Assembly: GCA_963729605.1 (NCBI GenBank)
Contig: CAVSNY010000003.1
Span: 32,001-96,000 of the forward strand
Direction of reading: 5' to 3'
DNA from: an uncultured Gammaproteobacteria bacterium
GTDB taxonomy: Bacteria; Pseudomonadota; Gammaproteobacteria; DRLM01
Length of the DNA: 64,000 bases
The translations under genes and the position numbers were made by a program. This document shows, one piece after another, positions 61,581 to 64,000 of this stretch (within the stretch, counting starts at the first letter, position 1; each line of letters begins with the position of its first letter). The notes under the pieces are model-generated. The model saw only the letters and a list, made by a program, of their open reading frames with translations. It did no database searches and was not told where the DNA came from.

Positions 61581-62537
61581 ATGAGGTTTTACGATCAGCA
61601 TCCGGCCCCCGCCCAGCTTTACCAGGAAATCACCGACGGTTTACGCAGCGAGCCCAAGTCCATCCCCCCCAAATTTTTCTATGATGAACGAGGTTCTTTC
61701 CTGTTCGGCGAAATCAGCCGGCTGCCGGAATATTATGTGACGCGCGTGGAGATGAGTATTCTTCGCGATTGCGCGGACGAACTTGCGCAGCGGATCGCGC
61801 CGCGGCCCGTGATCGTCGAGATCGGTAGCGGCGATAGCGACAAGGTGCGGCTGCTGTTGCAGAGTTTGCAACCGCTGGCCTATGTCCCCATCGACATCGC
61901 CCAGGCGCCGTTGCTGGCGTGCGCCGAACGAGTCCGGGCGGATTTTCGCGAAGTCGAAGTGCACGCCATCTGCGCCGATTACATGAAGAGCGTGATCGTG
62001 CCGAGTTCGGTGCCCGATGCGTCGCGCCTGGTATTTTTTCCCGGTTCCACCCTCGGCAATTTCGAGCCGGCCGCCGCGGAAGGTTTTCTACGCCGCCTGC
62101 GCAAGTTGGTGCGGGAAGACGGCGCGTTGCTGATCGGCATCGATCTCAAGAAAGACCGCCGCGTGCTGCACGCCGCTTATAATGACGCGCAGGGCGTGAC
62201 GGCGGCATTCAATCTCAATTTGCTGGTGCGGGTGCAAAACGAACTCGACGCCGAACTGGCGGTGGATGGATTTCGTCACGAGGCGTTTTACAACGAGGAG
62301 GAAGGACGGGTCGAGATGCACTTGGTGAGCCGCCGCGAGCAGGACATCGTGATCAACGGCGACCGTTTCTTGCTGGAAGAAGGCGAGGGCATCTGCACCG
62401 AATATTCCTACAAGTACACCGTCGAGGAATTTCACGCGCTGGCGCGCCGCGCCGGTTTTCGTTGCGAGCAGGTCTGGACCGACGAGCGGGCCTTGTTCAG
62501 CGTGCACCTGTTGAGAGTCTCGCCCAGCGCTAATTGA
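61581..62537 (+). CDS. egtD: L-histidine N(alpha)-methyltransferase EgtD
   Basis: PPKFFYDERGS, PEYYVTRVE, FPGSTLGNF, AYNDAQGVTAAFN, TEYSYKY. Confidence 0.93.
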   Translation: MRFYDQHPAPAQLYQEITDGLRSEPKSIPPKFFYDERGSFLFGEISRLPEYYVTRVEMSILRDCADELAQRIAPRPVIVEIGSGDSDKVRLLLQSLQPLAYVPIDIAQAPLLACAERVRADFREVEVHAICADYMKSVIVPSSVPDASRLVFFPGSTLGNFEPAAAEGFLRRLRKLVREDGALLIGIDLKKDRRVLHAAYNDAQGVTAAFNLNLLVRVQNELDAELAVDGFRHEAFYNEEEGRVEMHLVSRREQDIVINGDRFLLEEGEGICTEYSYKYTVEEFHALARRAGFRCEQVWTDERALFSVHLLRVSPSAN

Positions 62538-62607
62538 GCAAGCGCCGGGTTAATCTTTGCTTCCAACGCGGGGAGCGGGAACGCGGCTTGCACGTCTCCC
62601 GCCCCCG

Positions 62608-63558
62608 CTATTTTTTCTTGGTGCTGAGCAATAAGGCCTCCGCCTTGGCGCCGAGGAAGACGTACAGGCCGAGACCCACCAGCAGGCCCACCGCCGCCAG
62701 CATCATCCACACGGCTTCTATCAAATGCTGGCCGTCGCCCAGCGCGGCCTTGAACATCAGCAGCAACGCCTCGATGGAGACCGCGATGAGGATGGCGGCG
62801 ATGAAACGGGTGATGGTGCGGCGGGTGGAGCTGTGGCGGAAGATGTCTTTGTGCATCAGCACCTCTTCCTCCAAGGTGGTTTTGCCGAGGTCGAACACCG
62901 CCAGGCCGAGGGTGAGGAAGATGATCACGCCGAAGGGTTTGAGGTGGCGGTCTTCCTTGCTGCCCGAGCCGAAGAACAATTCGGCGATCTCACTGAAGGC
63001 CGAGTAGAGCAGGGCGGCCACCACGATCAGCAGCCCGACCACGATGATGCTGTACACGCCCTTGAAGAACGGTTGAAAACGCCGCCGCGTGGTGTCGCCC
63101 ATGATGAATTCGATGGTCTTCACCAGGTCGATGTCGAGCAGCAGATAACCGTGGCCGCCCTGGTTGCCGAGCGGCCAGCGGCTGACCGCGGTGATGCACA
63201 GCTTGCGGCTGGCGGAGGAGAGATAGGGATCGGTGATGACGACGCCGTCGGCATTCTGCGCCATGCGGTAATAGGGCCGCTGGCTGCGGTCCTTGCCTTT
63301 GCCGCTGTAGGCCGCCTGGTGTTTGCTATTCACGGCGATGTTGTCGCTGACCTGCACGCCCGCGGCGTCGAGTATGTAGAGCAGATCGAGAAAGGGATAG
63401 GTCTCGCCGAGGCGTTCCATGGCCTGGCACTGGATGGCCTTGTCGTCGAACAGATGATCCTCGCCGATGCTGGAGAGGATCGACGACATCAACTCGTGCA
63501 CCGCGTCGCGGTAGTCGTGATAACGTTCGATGACACTGATGTAACTGGCTGTACTCAT
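62608..63558 (-). CDS. Cache/PDC-like domain fused to a C-terminal 4-TM region (resembles Campylobacter PglG-like proteins)
   Basis: SD CAGGA before ATG 63558; LYILDAAG...DRSQRPYY...ITDPYLSS Cache motif; four hydrophobic helices with LAVFDLGKT. Confidence 0.72.
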   Translation of the reverse strand: MSTASYISVIERYHDYRDAVHELMSSILSSIGEDHLFDDKAIQCQAMERLGETYPFLDLLYILDAAGVQVSDNIAVNSKHQAAYSGKGKDRSQRPYYRMAQNADGVVITDPYLSSASRKLCITAVSRWPLGNQGGHGYLLLDIDLVKTIEFIMGDTTRRRFQPFFKGVYSIIVVGLLIVVAALLYSAFSEIAELFFGSGSKEDRHLKPFGVIIFLTLGLAVFDLGKTTLEEEVLMHKDIFRHSSTRRTITRFIAAILIAVSIEALLLMFKAALGDGQHLIEAVWMMLAAVGLLVGLGLYVFLGAKAEALLLSTKKK

Positions 63559-63788
63559 CTTCCTGATTTCCTGTTGCGCCTGACCCAAGGCTTGAAGTGC
63601 ACAAGGCTTGCCAGTGTCGGCCGCCGGCGCCGTGAACCGCGTTTTTCCGGTCTCGCCGCCTTGATCCCGCCGACGGGCCGTGCCGCGATGAGGCGGGCCG
63701 GACGCGCGGCGGCCGTTTTTGGTGCGCGCCGGCGCGTCCGCTGTGATAGAATTCGCGACTTTTAGCGGCACTTGCTCCGGATGGCGTC

Positions 63789-64000
63789 ATGTTGGAAATC
63801 AACCCACTGCGTAGACAGATTGAAGATATGAAGGGACGCGCCGCGTCTCTGAGGGGGTATCTTTGACTACGATAACAAACGCGAACGTCTGATCGAGGTC
63901 GAGCGCGAGCTGGAAGACCCCTCCGTGTGGGACAAGCCGGAACGGGCGCAGGACCTCGGCCGCGAGCGGGCCAAGCTGGAAGAGGTGGTGAATACCATCC
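63789..64000 (+). CDS. prfB: Peptide chain release factor 2, 5' part, with programmed +1 frameshift
   Basis: MLEINP...LRGYL then CTT TGA C; the +1 frame continues DYDNKRERL...[20 protein letters not shown]. Confidence 0.95.
63852..63867 (+). promoter_or_regulatory. prfB +1 frameshift signal
   Basis: Internal SD AGGGGG (63852-63857), TAT, CTT TGA C (63861-63867). Confidence 0.95.

Overview
GC-rich gammaproteobacterial chromosome segment, judged from gene order and protein motifs. Most of it is core genome: trxC, ppnP, gluQRS, tamAB, prmB, hemN, aroC, seven tRNAs, tig-clpP-clpX-lon-hupB-ppiD, fabI, an Opp/Dpp-type ABC importer, mltD-gloB/methyltransferase-rnhA-dnaQ, bepA, egtB-egtD and the frameshifted 5' end of prfB. 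Small accessory patches are interspersed: an orphan REC plus REC-HD-GYP pair; a block between prmB and aroC (Xre/RES toxin-antitoxin, ABC exporter, stand-alone MEKHLA protein, GST, sorbosone-dehydrogenase-like protein, old yellow enzyme); a diguanylate cyclase inside the tRNA cluster; an exported ankyrin protein; TerB; and a Cache-like membrane protein. I found no CRISPR array, rRNA, integrase, transposase or reverse transcriptase, and I cannot demonstrate a new system from the sequence alone. The best leads are a ~270-nt nested, two-state structured element upstream of bepA (59462-59733), an atypical peptide-type ABC importer with enlarged permeases and four ATPase domains, a type II-like egtB-egtD pair divergent from a DUF427 gene, the MEKHLA-centred redox cluster with an apparent ATC start codon, a His/Cys-motif cytoplasmic beta-propeller, and several families of short palindromic intergenic repeats. 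All calls come from reading motifs by eye; no database search or folding program was run.
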